The notes below the pieces were generated by a model that saw nothing but the letters and a program-made list of their open reading frames with translations, was not told the DNA's origin and ran no database searches. Shown here piece by piece: positions 21,510 to 30,803 of a DNA stretch of 38,492 bases. Each line of letters begins with the position of its first letter. The first letter of the stretch is position 1. Origin of the DNA: Dehalococcoidales bacterium (GTDB lineage: Bacteria; Chloroflexota; Dehalococcoidia; Dehalococcoidales; CSSed11-197); the NCBI GenBank assembly GCA_028705415.1, contig JAQWDO010000001.1, forward strand, positions 1-38,492, in the 5' to 3' direction. Both the position numbers and the translations under genes were made by a program.

Positions 21510-23347
21510 GCTGTTTCTGCTCCTTTAAATGGCCGGTGGCAATTACTGACACGTTTTTCAATGCCGCAGAGATTGCAGGCATTTATACGGCAATCCGGGG
21601 TAATATCCCCACGCATCGCACGGTGATACTCTTCCACCAGGAATTTGAGGCTTACTCCACTGGAAATATGCTCCCAGGGCAGTGGTTCCCCGATTCCTTT
21701 TTGCCGGTTGGCGTATTCAGCCGGGTCCAACCCGGCTTCTTCGAATGCTTCTCTCCACCGATTATAATCGAATAATTCATCCCAACCATCAAACCTTGCG
21801 CCCAACTGCCAGGCTCGGTAAATAACCCTTCCCAAACGCCGATCACCCCTAGACATTACCGCCTCCAGCAGGCTGGTTTGCGGATCGTGCCAGCTAATAC
21901 TGATTTTTCTGCGTCCAATATTATCCCTGACCAGATTTACCCGCTTTAATATTTCCTCACTGTTAATCTGCCCAAACCACTGAAATGGAGTATGCGCCTT
22001 GGGCACAAAGGTCGATAAGCTCAATCTCAATTTGGGGCGCCGCCCGGGCGAACGATAACCAAGGTCAAAAATTCTGGAAGCAAGCCTGGCTATCTCAACA
22101 ACATCTTCTTCAGTCTCGGTTGGGAGCCCCAGCATAAAATACAGCTTCAGGGATGTCCACCCTCTTTCAAAAGCCGTGGCTGCTGTCTGCAAGATATCTT
22201 CCTCCGGAATAACCTTGTTGATTACCCTCTGCAAACGGCTCGTTGCGGCTTCCGGCGCCAGCGTAATTCCACTGCGCCGTCTTTGAGAAAGCGCCTCCAC
22301 CAGCTCAAGAGTTTTTTCATCTATCCTTAAACTTGGCAGGGAAAATGTGATACCCCGGCTTTGCTCCGTCCGGCTCAGCCGGTTGATAAGCCCGGTAATA
22401 TCCGGGTAATCGCCAGAGCTCAAAGAGAGCAGAGTGATCTCATCATAACCGCAGGAACTGATGAGTTTTTGCACGGCTGAGCATATTTCTTCCTGGCTAC
22501 GGTGGCGCAGTGGGCGGTAATAAATCCCCGCATTACAAAAACGGCACCCGCGGGTACATCCGCGGCTGATTTCAACCGAACCCTTATCCTGTGCTGTCTC
22601 TATTAACGGCACAATCGGTTTTTCCGGAAAAAGCGGAAGCTCGCGGCATATTATTCGCTCAACCGGCATTGCCGCACTCTCTAACTTTTTCTCAATGCTT
22701 TTGAATCTGCCATTTATATCATATTCAACATCATAAAACGACGGCACATAAACACCACCGAGATGTGAAAGCTCCTCAAGCATTCCCCGCCGGCTGGCTT
22801 TAGCCTGCTTTAAAGCTCTGACAAGCTCTGTAATTTGGGTAATTATCTCCTCCCCGTCACCAATCACAAAGAAATCAACAAAATCTGCCAGCGGCTCGGG
22901 ATTCATAGCACCAATTCCTCCCCCCATCACCAGCGGGTGGGATTCATCTCTGTCAATGGCATTGACCGGTATACCGCCAAGATCCAGGATATTGAGAAGA
23001 TTGGTGCAATTGAGCTCATACCCCAACAGAAAACCAATAACATCAAACTCTGCCAGAGTTTTTCCTGTTTCTATTCCCTGCAGGGCCAGCCTGTTTTGCC
23101 TCAGCGCCTGCTCCATATCCGGCCAGGGAGCAAAAACCCGGTCCGCAAGCGCAAAGGAAAGGCCATTGATGGCCTGGTACAGAATCGGCAGTGTAATGCC
23201 GGACATCCCGACTTCATAAACATCGGGGTAACTCAACACCAGATGTATATCTGTCTCTTGCCACTCTTTATCGACTGAATGCCATTCTCCACCCGTATAA
23301 CGAGCGGGTTTTTGCACACCAGCAAGAATACTGTCCGGATAAGACAT
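21506..23347 (-). CDS. Large radical SAM protein with N-terminal B12-binding-like domain (TIGR03960-like, function unknown)
   Basis: The N-terminus SILAGVQKPARYTGGEW and the motif EISRGCTRGCRFCNAG (CxxxCxxC). The listed ORF extends to 23476. I prefer the ATG at 23347 (MSYPDS), preceded by AAGGAG 6 nt upstream. Confidence 0.8.
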   Translation of the reverse strand: MSYPDSILAGVQKPARYTGGEWHSVDKEWQETDIHLVLSYPDVYEVGMSGITLPILYQAINGLSFALADRVFAPWPDMEQALRQNRLALQGIETGKTLAEFDVIGFLLGYELNCTNLLNILDLGGIPVNAIDRDESHPLVMGGGIGAMNPEPLADFVDFFVIGDGEEIITQITELVRALKQAKASRRGMLEELSHLGGVYVPSFYDVEYDINGRFKSIEKKLESAAMPVERIICRELPLFPEKPIVPLIETAQDKGSVEISRGCTRGCRFCNAGIYYRPLRHRSQEEICSAVQKLISSCGYDEITLLSLSSGDYPDITGLINRLSRTEQSRGITFSLPSLRIDEKTLELVEALSQRRRSGITLAPEAATSRLQRVINKVIPEEDILQTAATAFERGWTSLKLYFMLGLPTETEEDVVEIARLASRIFDLGYRSPGRRPKLRLSLSTFVPKAHTPFQWFGQINSEEILKRVNLVRDNIGRRKISISWHDPQTSLLEAVMSRGDRRLGRVIYRAWQLGARFDGWDELFDYNRWREAFEEAGLDPAEYANRQKGIGEPLPWEHISSGVSLKFLVEEYHRAMRGDITPDCRINACNLCGIEKRVSNCHRPFKGAETA

Positions 23348-23615
23348 GCTTGCTCCTTGGTTATCTCTTAAAAGGATAAACTCTAAAAAATTATAACCTA
23401 TCAGGTGATTTGATTGCTTGTATAAACTTCTGTACCAAAACACCAGCCAATCCCGATAACCGGCTGGTATTGACAAACATAAGGCATAAAGCCTAACATA
23501 AATAAGGTACTTTTTTCCTATTCACAGCTTAATTTAGGTTTGCCAGCATGTAAATTACTGTAAATCAGAAAACACGCCTCCTGGGGCCTATTATAGTAAG
23601 AAGGGGGTTTCTTCC

Positions 23616-23789
23616 ATGAACAGGGACCACAACCAGCCATGGATTTTCTTCTGGGCTACACCGGACTCGAACTATTTTATTCATCTCGATGAGGAAAGAG
23701 AATTCAAACGTAAGGTCATGATGAGACGGGCTTTACTTAACAGGATTATCAGCGAAGTCGGGCTGGAGGAACCCCCGCAAGCCGGTTAG
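23616..23789 (+). CDS. Possible 57-aa ORF (MNRDHNQPWIFFWATPDSNYFIHLDEEREFKRKVMMRRALLNRIISEVGLEEPPQAG)
   Basis: Below the ORF-track cut-off. GAAGGGGG lies 8 nt before the ATG. The stop TAG (23787-23789) overlaps the convergent fmt stop. No family recognised. Confidence 0.3.
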   Translation: MNRDHNQPWIFFWATPDSNYFIHLDEEREFKRKVMMRRALLNRIISEVGLEEPPQAG

Positions 23790-24724
23790 CAGGGTAAGAG
23801 TGACCCAATAAAATCCTTTTGCCCCCGGATGAAGTCCGCAGTTGTCATTTCTTTTTTCCCTTCCATCTGCAGGCTTTTTATCCCCAGAATTCCTTTACCG
23901 GTAACTACACCGGCAGCCATCCCATGCTTTCCATCAAGGTGAATGACTCTCCCGGGCTCTTCAATACAATTGCTTTCAAATGGCTCAACCGTTAACAATT
24001 TAAGTACTTTCCCCTGCCAGGTTGAATAAACCCCCGGCCATGGATAATATGCCCTGGCTTTTCTCCAGATCGTAGATGAATCTTCATTCCATGATATCAA
24101 GCCATCTTCCTTGCGGATAATTCCAGAATACGTAGCGGCTTTCTCGTTCTGCTCGCGGGGAACAATTTCCTGCCTGGCCCAGGATTCCAGAACCTCCCCG
24201 ATAACACTCCCGGATACCGCGGCAAGGCGCTTGCCCAGACTCAGTGTGGTATCCCAATCAAATACCGGAACCTGGGAAACGGATAACACCGGGCCTGTAT
24301 CCATACCGGCATCCATCAGCATTATGCTTATTCCGGTAAACATTTCCCCGGCCAGAATAGCTCCGGCAACCGGTGAAGCCCCACGGTGGCGCGGCAGAAT
24401 TGAAAAATGGACATTAATACAGCCAAGCCTTGGGATTTCCAGCACTGTTTTGGGTAATATCCGCCCGTATGCTACTACAACCACAGCTTCGGGCTGAATA
24501 TCCCTGAGAAAATCGATGGAGCCGGCTTCTTTGAAATTTGATGGTTGCATGACAGGGATGCCAAGTCTTAACGCTTCTTTTTTAACGGCAGATTGTGACA
24601 TTACCCTGCCCCGGCCGGAACAGGCATCCGGCCGGGTGTATACCGCCACAACATCATGAATTGAGGAGAGGGCCTGTAATACCGGCAAAGCTGTATCCGG
24701 AGTTCCCATAAAAACCAGACGCAA
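23786..24724 (-). CDS. fmt: Methionyl-tRNA formyltransferase
   Basis: RLVFMGTPDTALPVLQAL, INVHFSILPRHRGASPV and the C-terminal Fmt domain. TTG start with AGGAGG 7 nt upstream. Confidence 0.93.
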   Translation of the reverse strand: MRLVFMGTPDTALPVLQALSSIHDVVAVYTRPDACSGRGRVMSQSAVKKEALRLGIPVMQPSNFKEAGSIDFLRDIQPEAVVVVAYGRILPKTVLEIPRLGCINVHFSILPRHRGASPVAGAILAGEMFTGISIMLMDAGMDTGPVLSVSQVPVFDWDTTLSLGKRLAAVSGSVIGEVLESWARQEIVPREQNEKAATYSGIIRKEDGLISWNEDSSTIWRKARAYYPWPGVYSTWQGKVLKLLTVEPFESNCIEEPGRVIHLDGKHGMAAGVVTGKGILGIKSLQMEGKKEMTTADFIRGQKDFIGSLLPC

Positions 24725-25030
24725 ATCATTGCCTCCTTAAGCAGAATAACAGCTGCAGTGATTTAATCAGCCTGCTAATTATTATACGCCAAGCATGCCA
24801 CCCCCCGCTCGAAGAATGAATGAGCCCGGTTCCGTTAACAAGTTGAGGAGAAAAAACGCGACGGGCTTGATTTATACGGTCTTTTACTGTATTTTTATTA
24901 CGACAGCCAAAAAAATTTTTCCTGCTTATCTAAATCACATTTCGATTGTTCAACTGGCATTTCCAAAGTGATACAATTATTGGAAGAAAATATGTAATGG
25001 CCGTCTATTCTAAATCAGGAGGCTACATGA

Positions 25031-25783
25031 ATGTCAGGTCATTCTAAGTGGCATTCCATAAAGCACCAAAAAGGTGTTGCAGATGCAAAAAGAGGCAAGC
25101 TTTTTACCAAACTTACCCGGGAAATTATCATGGCATCCAGAGAAAAGGGAAGCGACCCGGATCTTAACGCCCGTTTGCGCCTTGCCATACAAAAGGCCAA
25201 AGATGCCAATATGCCATCCGAAAACATTCAGCGCGCAATAAAGCGCGGTGAAGGGGCACTGGAAGGCGCAAATTATATCGAAACCACTTTCGAGGGTTAC
25301 GGCCCTGGTGGGGCTGCTGTCATGATCAGCGTTCAGACCGATAATCGCAACCGTACCGTACAGGAAATTCGTTCAGCTTTCACCAAAAGCGGCGGAAATC
25401 TCGGCGAAAACGGCAGTGTCGCATGGCTGTTCGACCCCAAGGGAATAATATCCATCGATACAGAAAATGCAGACCCGGATGAAATCACCTTGAAAGCGAT
25501 TGATGCCGGGGCAGAAGATGTAGTTACCGGGGAAGGTTATATTGAAATATACACCCTTCCGGAAGATATGGAGGAACTGCTCAAGTCTCTTGAATCAGCC
25601 GGCATTACCACCAGTTCTGCAGAGGTAAGCCAGGTAGCCAAAACGACACTGTCCCTGGACGAATCTACCCAGTTGCAGGTACTGCGGCTGCTGGACAGGC
25701 TGGAAGATCTGGATGACGTACAGTCGGTTGTAAGTAATGTAGATTTTGACGACGCTACTATAGAGCAGTACCATTCAACTTAA
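25031..25783 (+). CDS. yebC: YebC/PmpR-family transcriptional regulator
   Basis: MSGHSKWHSIKHQKGVADAKRGKLFTKLTREI is the family signature. AGGAGG lies upstream. Confidence 0.93.
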   Translation: MSGHSKWHSIKHQKGVADAKRGKLFTKLTREIIMASREKGSDPDLNARLRLAIQKAKDANMPSENIQRAIKRGEGALEGANYIETTFEGYGPGGAAVMISVQTDNRNRTVQEIRSAFTKSGGNLGENGSVAWLFDPKGIISIDTENADPDEITLKAIDAGAEDVVTGEGYIEIYTLPEDMEELLKSLESAGITTSSAEVSQVAKTTLSLDESTQLQVLRLLDRLEDLDDVQSVVSNVDFDDATIEQYHST

Positions 25784-25789
25784 ATTAAT

Positions 25790-26290
25790 ATGAGAATTCT
25801 GGGAATTGACCCTGGTACTATGATCCTTGGGTACGGGGTAATCGACAGTCAGGGTGACTCAATTGCATTGGTTGCTTATAATGCCCTGAAGTGCCGGAGC
25901 CGTTCTTCCATGGGGGAACGGCTTCTCTTTCTTTACTGCTCTCTTTGCGAGGTAATTAAAGAATACAAGCCGGATGAAATCGCCATAGAAACACCATTTG
26001 TGGCAGACAATGCCCGAACGGCACTGGCGATTGGCAAAGCCCAGGCTATTGCCCTGCTGGCTGCAGCATCAAACTCTGTCCCCGCATTCGAGTATTCCCC
26101 CACAGCCATAAAATACAATGCGGCCAGCTACGGCGCGAGTTCCAAAGCCCAGGTACAGGAAATGGTCAGGCTGCAGCTTAACCTGAAAGAGGTACCAACC
26201 CCTGCCGACTGCTCCGATGCCCTGGCGGCTGCCATTTGCCATTCGCGACAGTCTCATCTCAATAATCTTACCGGAGGTAAACAAAAATGA
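25790..26290 (+). CDS. ruvC: Holliday junction resolvase RuvC
   Basis: MRILGIDPGTMILGYGVID, DEIAIETPF and DCSDALAAAICH. Confidence 0.92.
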   Translation: MRILGIDPGTMILGYGVIDSQGDSIALVAYNALKCRSRSSMGERLLFLYCSLCEVIKEYKPDEIAIETPFVADNARTALAIGKAQAIALLAAASNSVPAFEYSPTAIKYNAASYGASSKAQVQEMVRLQLNLKEVPTPADCSDALAAAICHSRQSHLNNLTGGKQK

Positions 26291-26871
26291 TAGCAAGCAT
26301 TACCGGAAAACTGGAAATGGTTGGGACTGATTCAGCAATCATCAATGTTGGTGGCATCGGTTTCCAGGTATTTATCCCGCCTGTATCTCTGGCTAAACTG
26401 GGTGATACCGGCACCAGCGTCAAATTATATACTCACTTCCAGGTAAGGGATGATGGGCTGAGCCTTTACGGATTTATCAGCTCTTCCGAGCTTTCCCTGT
26501 TTAAAAACCTCCTCAGCGTTAGCGGCCTTGGTCCAAAGCTTGCACTGACCATGATATCCGAGATGGATATCGAAACACTGGCAGCGGCTATAGTATCCGG
26601 CAACCTCGATCTGCTTACAGCAATCCGCGGAATCGGCAAAAAGACCGCCAGCCGGATCGTGCTTGAGCTAAAGGACAGGCTTGCTTCCGGTGATATCCTG
26701 CTGCCTCTTTCGGAAATTTCGCAAGAGAATAACGATGTCGTAGCTGCCCTTATTTCCCTGGGGTACTCAACCTCCGAAGCTACCCGTGCGGTAAGCGGTC
26801 TCCCAACCGACAAAAACCTCGGACTTGAAGACAAAATCAAGATGGCCCTGACTCGGCTCGGGAGAGATTAG
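26287..26871 (+). CDS. ruvA: Holliday junction branch-migration complex subunit RuvA
   Basis: [31 protein letters not shown] and [18 protein letters not shown] (HhH motifs). It overlaps the ruvC stop by 4 nt. Confidence 0.92.
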   Translation: MIASITGKLEMVGTDSAIINVGGIGFQVFIPPVSLAKLGDTGTSVKLYTHFQVRDDGLSLYGFISSSELSLFKNLLSVSGLGPKLALTMISEMDIETLAAAIVSGNLDLLTAIRGIGKKTASRIVLELKDRLASGDILLPLSEISQENNDVVAALISLGYSTSEATRAVSGLPTDKNLGLEDKIKMALTRLGRD

Positions 26872-26882
26872 GACGGCCTCAA

Positions 26883-28889
26883 ATGTCGGAGTTTGTAATT
26901 TATGCCGACTTCAAGCCTACTGGCGACCAGCCGCAGGCGATCGACCGGTTGGTAGAGGGAATCGAGCAGGGCTTAACCCACCAAACCCTGCTTGGAGTAA
27001 CCGGTAGCGGAAAAACATTTACCCTGGCAAACACCATCGCCAGAGCAGGAAAACCCGCCCTTGTAATCAGCCATAATAAAACCCTGGCTGCCCAGCTCTA
27101 CAGCGAGTTCAAGGAATTCCTGCCCAATAATGCGGTTGAATACTTTGTCAGCTATTACGATTATTATCAGCCTGAAGCCTACCTTCCCCAGACAGATACC
27201 TATATCGACAAGGAAACTGATATAAACGAGGAAATAGACAAGTTGCGCCACGCCGCAACCAAAGCGTTACTCAGCCAGCGCGATGTTGTCATAGTGGCCT
27301 CGGTTTCGTGCATCTATGGCCTTGGGGAGCCTGAAGAATACAAAAGCTTTATTATCAGCCTGAAAAAGGGCGGGCGATACAGCATGGACAAACTGCTGAG
27401 AAGTTTCGTCGACCAGCAGTACGAGCGTAACGACTTTGATTTTTCACGCGGGCATTTCAGAGTCAGGGGCGATACGCTGGAAATTCTTCCGTCATATGAG
27501 GATACGGCGATCCGACTGGAGTTTTTTGGAGACGAGCTGGAGCGGATTATCCGCCTGGATCCACTCACCGGAGAGTTCCTGGCCGAGCTGGAGAATATCG
27601 ACCTGTACCCTGCCAAGCATTTCGTTACTTCTCCGGAGAGAATGACAGAAGCCATGGAAAGCATACGGCAGGAACTGGAGCAAAGGCTGAAGGAGCTGGA
27701 AGGGCAAGGAAAGTTGCTGGAAGCAGCCAGGCTTAAGGCCCGCACAAATTATGACCTGGAAATGCTTGCAGAGGTGGGTTATTGCACCGGCATCGAGAAC
27801 TATTCCCGCCATCTTACCCGGCGCTCTCCGGGCAGCGCTCCCTACACTCTGATCGATTACTTCCCCAAAGACTTCCTGCTGATAATAGATGAATCCCATA
27901 TGACCATACCGCAAATACGCGGCATGTACAATGGAGACCGGGCTCGCAAGGAGGTGCTTGTTGATTATGGTTTTCGTCTTCCATCGGCAATGGACAACCG
28001 CCCTCTCGATTTCAAAGAGTTCAACCGGCATATCAATCAGGCAATTTATGTATCAGCAACTCCTAAGCCTTACGAGCTGGAAATAAGCCAGCAGGTTGTC
28101 GAACAACTGGTGCGTCCCACCGGTTTGCTTGAACCCACTATTGAGGTCAAACCTACCCGCGGACAGATTGACGACCTGGTTGGAGAAGTGCGAAAAAGAG
28201 TGGAACAGGGCGAACGGTGCCTGATTACTACACTGACCAAGAAACTGGCCGAACAGCTTTCGGAATATCTTATAGAGATGGGTATAAAAACCAATTACCT
28301 CCATTCTGAAGTTGATACCCTGGACCGCGTGGAAATCCTCCGCGATCTCCGTCTGGGAATATATGATGTGATAGTGGGAATCAACCTCCTGCGGGAAGGC
28401 CTTGACTTGCCCGAAGTAAGCCTGGTCGCCATTCTCGATGCCGACAAGGAAGGGTTCCTTCGCTCGGAGGAATCGCTGGTTCAAACCATGGGAAGGGCAG
28501 CCCGTCATATCGATGGGCATGTAATCATGTATGCTGACACAATAACCGGCTCCATGGAACGGGCAATGGCTGAAACCATGCGGCGCAGGAAAATCCAGGA
28601 AGATTACAACCTTAAACATGGCATCAGCCCGCAGAGCATCCGAAAGGCCATTAAGGACATCACTGAACGCGTTAAAATGGCTGCTCTAAGCCAGGAAAAG
28701 GGAGAAGACCAGAAACCGGCCACCCGTGAAGAAATTGCCCGGCTTATCAGAGATCTGGAAAAGCAGATGAAAGTTGCGGCCAGGAACCTGGAATTTGAAA
28801 AAGCTGCTCTGATACGTGACCGGGTCATAGAACTGAGAGTTGCCATGGAAAGCAAGGAAACCCTGTCCAAAGCCCGCAAAGGCCCATAA
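26883..28889 (+). CDS. uvrB: Excinuclease ABC subunit B
   Basis: [60 protein letters not shown] and the C-terminal UVR motif ([11 protein letters not shown]). Confidence 0.96.
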   Translation: MSEFVIYADFKPTGDQPQAIDRLVEGIEQGLTHQTLLGVTGSGKTFTLANTIARAGKPALVISHNKTLAAQLYSEFKEFLPNNAVEYFVSYYDYYQPEAYLPQTDTYIDKETDINEEIDKLRHAATKALLSQRDVVIVASVSCIYGLGEPEEYKSFIISLKKGGRYSMDKLLRSFVDQQYERNDFDFSRGHFRVRGDTLEILPSYEDTAIRLEFFGDELERIIRLDPLTGEFLAELENIDLYPAKHFVTSPERMTEAMESIRQELEQRLKELEGQGKLLEAARLKARTNYDLEMLAEVGYCTGIENYSRHLTRRSPGSAPYTLIDYFPKDFLLIIDESHMTIPQIRGMYNGDRARKEVLVDYGFRLPSAMDNRPLDFKEFNRHINQAIYVSATPKPYELEISQQVVEQLVRPTGLLEPTIEVKPTRGQIDDLVGEVRKRVEQGERCLITTLTKKLAEQLSEYLIEMGIKTNYLHSEVDTLDRVEILRDLRLGIYDVIVGINLLREGLDLPEVSLVAILDADKEGFLRSEESLVQTMGRAARHIDGHVIMYADTITGSMERAMAETMRRRKIQEDYNLKHGISPQSIRKAIKDITERVKMAALSQEKGEDQKPATREEIARLIRDLEKQMKVAARNLEFEKAALIRDRVIELRVAMESKETLSKARKGP

Positions 28890-28906
28890 GAGGTATCTGG
28901 CTGCAT

Positions 28907-29121
28907 GGGGAAGATCCTTCGTCGGGCTGTCGCCCTCCTCTGGATGACAGTGTGGGTTTATGTCATTCAGAGCGCCAGCGAAGAATCTTATAAGAACCGG
29001 GCTCGTCTTATCGTAAACGCCGGGTATGTTATGAGGGGCGCTATCCGGGGAAGATCCTTCGTCGGGCTGTCGCCCTCCTCTGGATGACATTGTTGATGTA
29101 TGGCCCGTTCATACGAAAACA
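28907..29121 (+). repeat. Composite structured intergenic repeat, locus 2: flank unit (28907-28949), core (28962-29019), flank unit (29037-29089), tail motif (29104-29121)
   Basis: The 43-nt perfect direct repeat GGGGAAGATCCTTCGTCGGGCTGTCGCCCTCCTCTGGATGACA occurs at 28907-28949 and 29047-29089. The core reads GTCATTCAGAGCGCCAGCGAAGAATCTTATAAGAA. CCCGTTCATACGAAAACA at 29104-29121 matches the end of the locus 1 core. Confidence 0.85.
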
Positions 29122-29141
29122 GGAAAGGCAACCAGGGAAGA

Positions 29142-29747
29142 TTATTCCGGAATAGCAAGCTGAAGGACATGCTGGCGGACAACATGGCGGGCAATTTTTA
29201 ATACACTATGCTCGTGTATGGCAAAATCCATCAATATCGGGCCTTCCGCTATCGGCGTCTCCGACGCAGTTAAATCCAGCCAAAATTTGATAGTAATTTT
29301 TTCACCAGCCTGGCTGTCGAAATGCGGGAAATCCAAAACGGCTTTTGAATCGTTACCGCTCAATTTGTAATCGTAAGGCAGGCTTTCCCCTGTTAGCGGG
29401 TCTTCAAACCGGATGGCAGAATATATGTTGCTTACATAGAATTCCAGCTTCAGGGAATCTAAACTGTAACGGGCAGCGGGGTCCATCTCCAGGCTCATCA
29501 TCACCATTTCCTGCGAAGCATGTTTCGAAACAACAGTGAGGTTTATAACGTTAGCCTTGTATTCCTGCCAGGCGTCTTTATAGAGATAAAAAGGAATTTC
29601 CACCGAGCCATCGGAATTTTCGATGGTTTCCCCCTGGTCCAAATACAGCGTAGTAAAGAATACCTTGTCTGTGAGAGCCACCCCGAAGAGGGCTGATATT
29701 ATCAATAAAACGATTGCCGCCAGAGCAAGTTTTGCTTTTACTGTCAT
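29142..29747 (-). CDS. Hypothetical membrane-anchored or secreted protein
   Basis: 201 aa with the N-terminal hydrophobic anchor KLALAAIVLLIISALFGVAL followed by a soluble domain. No family recognised. Confidence 0.6.
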   Translation of the reverse strand: MTVKAKLALAAIVLLIISALFGVALTDKVFFTTLYLDQGETIENSDGSVEIPFYLYKDAWQEYKANVINLTVVSKHASQEMVMMSLEMDPAARYSLDSLKLEFYVSNIYSAIRFEDPLTGESLPYDYKLSGNDSKAVLDFPHFDSQAGEKITIKFWLDLTASETPIAEGPILMDFAIHEHSVLKIARHVVRQHVLQLAIPE

Positions 29748-29958
29748 TTAGTTTCTTCCTTGCAAACCCCTTGTGTCAGATATTAACGACCGAAATCCGC
29801 TCAGGATATCTTCGTATTATTAATTCGACACTTATTCTACAACATTCCACACTGTTTCCTAAAGCTTGAGGGTCAATTCCAGTGTTAATATTTGCCAAAT
29901 ACCTCGACTAGCGATATACTGCTCTTTATTCCAGAGGAATAACTCATTTAATATTCGC

Positions 29959-30792
29959 ATGAGCGTAAAAATAGTTACCGATAGTACCTCCGATATTCCG
30001 GATGCTCTGGCACAGGAACTTGATATAACCGTTGTGCCAATTTATATACTGTTCGGAATTGAATCATATCGTGATGGCCTGGACATAAGCCATGATACCT
30101 TCTATGAAAGGCTGCTGGGTGGAGAACAGCCCACTACTTCACAGCCAACACCGCAGGATTTTATTCAGGCATACCAGGAAGTAGTGGGCAAAGCAGACGG
30201 AATATGTTCCATACATATTTCAAGCGGTTTGAGCGGTACCTACAGCTCGGCTCTGCAAGCCGCAAATGCAAAACCATGGCCTTGCCCCATAAATGTGATA
30301 GATACCCACCTGTTATCCATTTCACACGGTATTCTTGCCATTAAGGCCGCCCGAATGGCAAAGGAAGGCAAAGGTCTGGAAGAAATATCCAGCTCGGTAG
30401 AAAGCATGATGAAAAAAGTACGCCTGCTGGTACTTTTTGACACCCTGAAATATCTGGAACGTGGCGGGCGCATTGGCAAAGCCAAATCACTGGTCGGGGC
30501 GGTACTCAGCGTCAAGCCTCTTCTTACCATGCGGGACGGGGAATTTATTCCGGTGGGCCAGGTGCGCAACCGTAAAAAGGGCATTGATAAATTAGCCGAC
30601 TTTGCTGCCGGCGCAGGTGATATCAAAGAAATGTGCATCCTGCACTCAACAACCCCGGATGAAGCTAATGCCCTGGCAGAACGGCTTGATCCGGTCTTCC
30701 CGCAGGAAAAAACACTGGTTGCCAGGCTTGGAGCAGGACTGGCGCCTCACGGGGGACCCGGAGTGCTGGCTATCGTAACCCTGACGGAATAA
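29959..30792 (+). CDS. degV: DegV-family fatty-acid-binding protein
   Basis: MSVKIVTDSTSDIP, GEQPTTSQPTPQDF and LKYLERGGRIGKA. The listed ORF starts at 29866 with a non-ATG start. The ATG at 29959 gives the canonical DegV N-terminus. Confidence 0.88.
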   Translation: MSVKIVTDSTSDIPDALAQELDITVVPIYILFGIESYRDGLDISHDTFYERLLGGEQPTTSQPTPQDFIQAYQEVVGKADGICSIHISSGLSGTYSSALQAANAKPWPCPINVIDTHLLSISHGILAIKAARMAKEGKGLEEISSSVESMMKKVRLLVLFDTLKYLERGGRIGKAKSLVGAVLSVKPLLTMRDGEFIPVGQVRNRKKGIDKLADFAAGAGDIKEMCILHSTTPDEANALAERLDPVFPQEKTLVARLGAGLAPHGGPGVLAIVTLTE

Positions 30793-30803
30793 ACCTTTAA
30801 GAT

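Noticed and set aside
23348-23476. N-terminal extensions of listed ORFs (radical SAM to 23476, degV from 29866, tsaD from 35649, nfu to 17721, HycD-like from 5374, TiaS-like from 501)
   Set aside because: In each case an internal start gives the canonical family N-terminus and has a better SD or avoids overlap with the upstream gene. The extensions are non-conserved-looking.
27492-28619. 179-aa and 188-aa minus-strand ORFs
   Set aside because: Both are antisense to uvrB.
26287-28889. ruvA is followed by uvrB rather than ruvB
   Set aside because: This is gene-order variation only. ruvB is presumably elsewhere, and nothing in the sequence suggests loss or replacement of function.
28686-29194. 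ORFs 28686..29090 (-), 28905..29087 (+) and 28988..29194 (-)
   Set aside because: They are translations of the composite repeat. Repeated peptide strings such as HPEEGDSPTKDLP arise from the 43-nt direct repeat. There is no start context.
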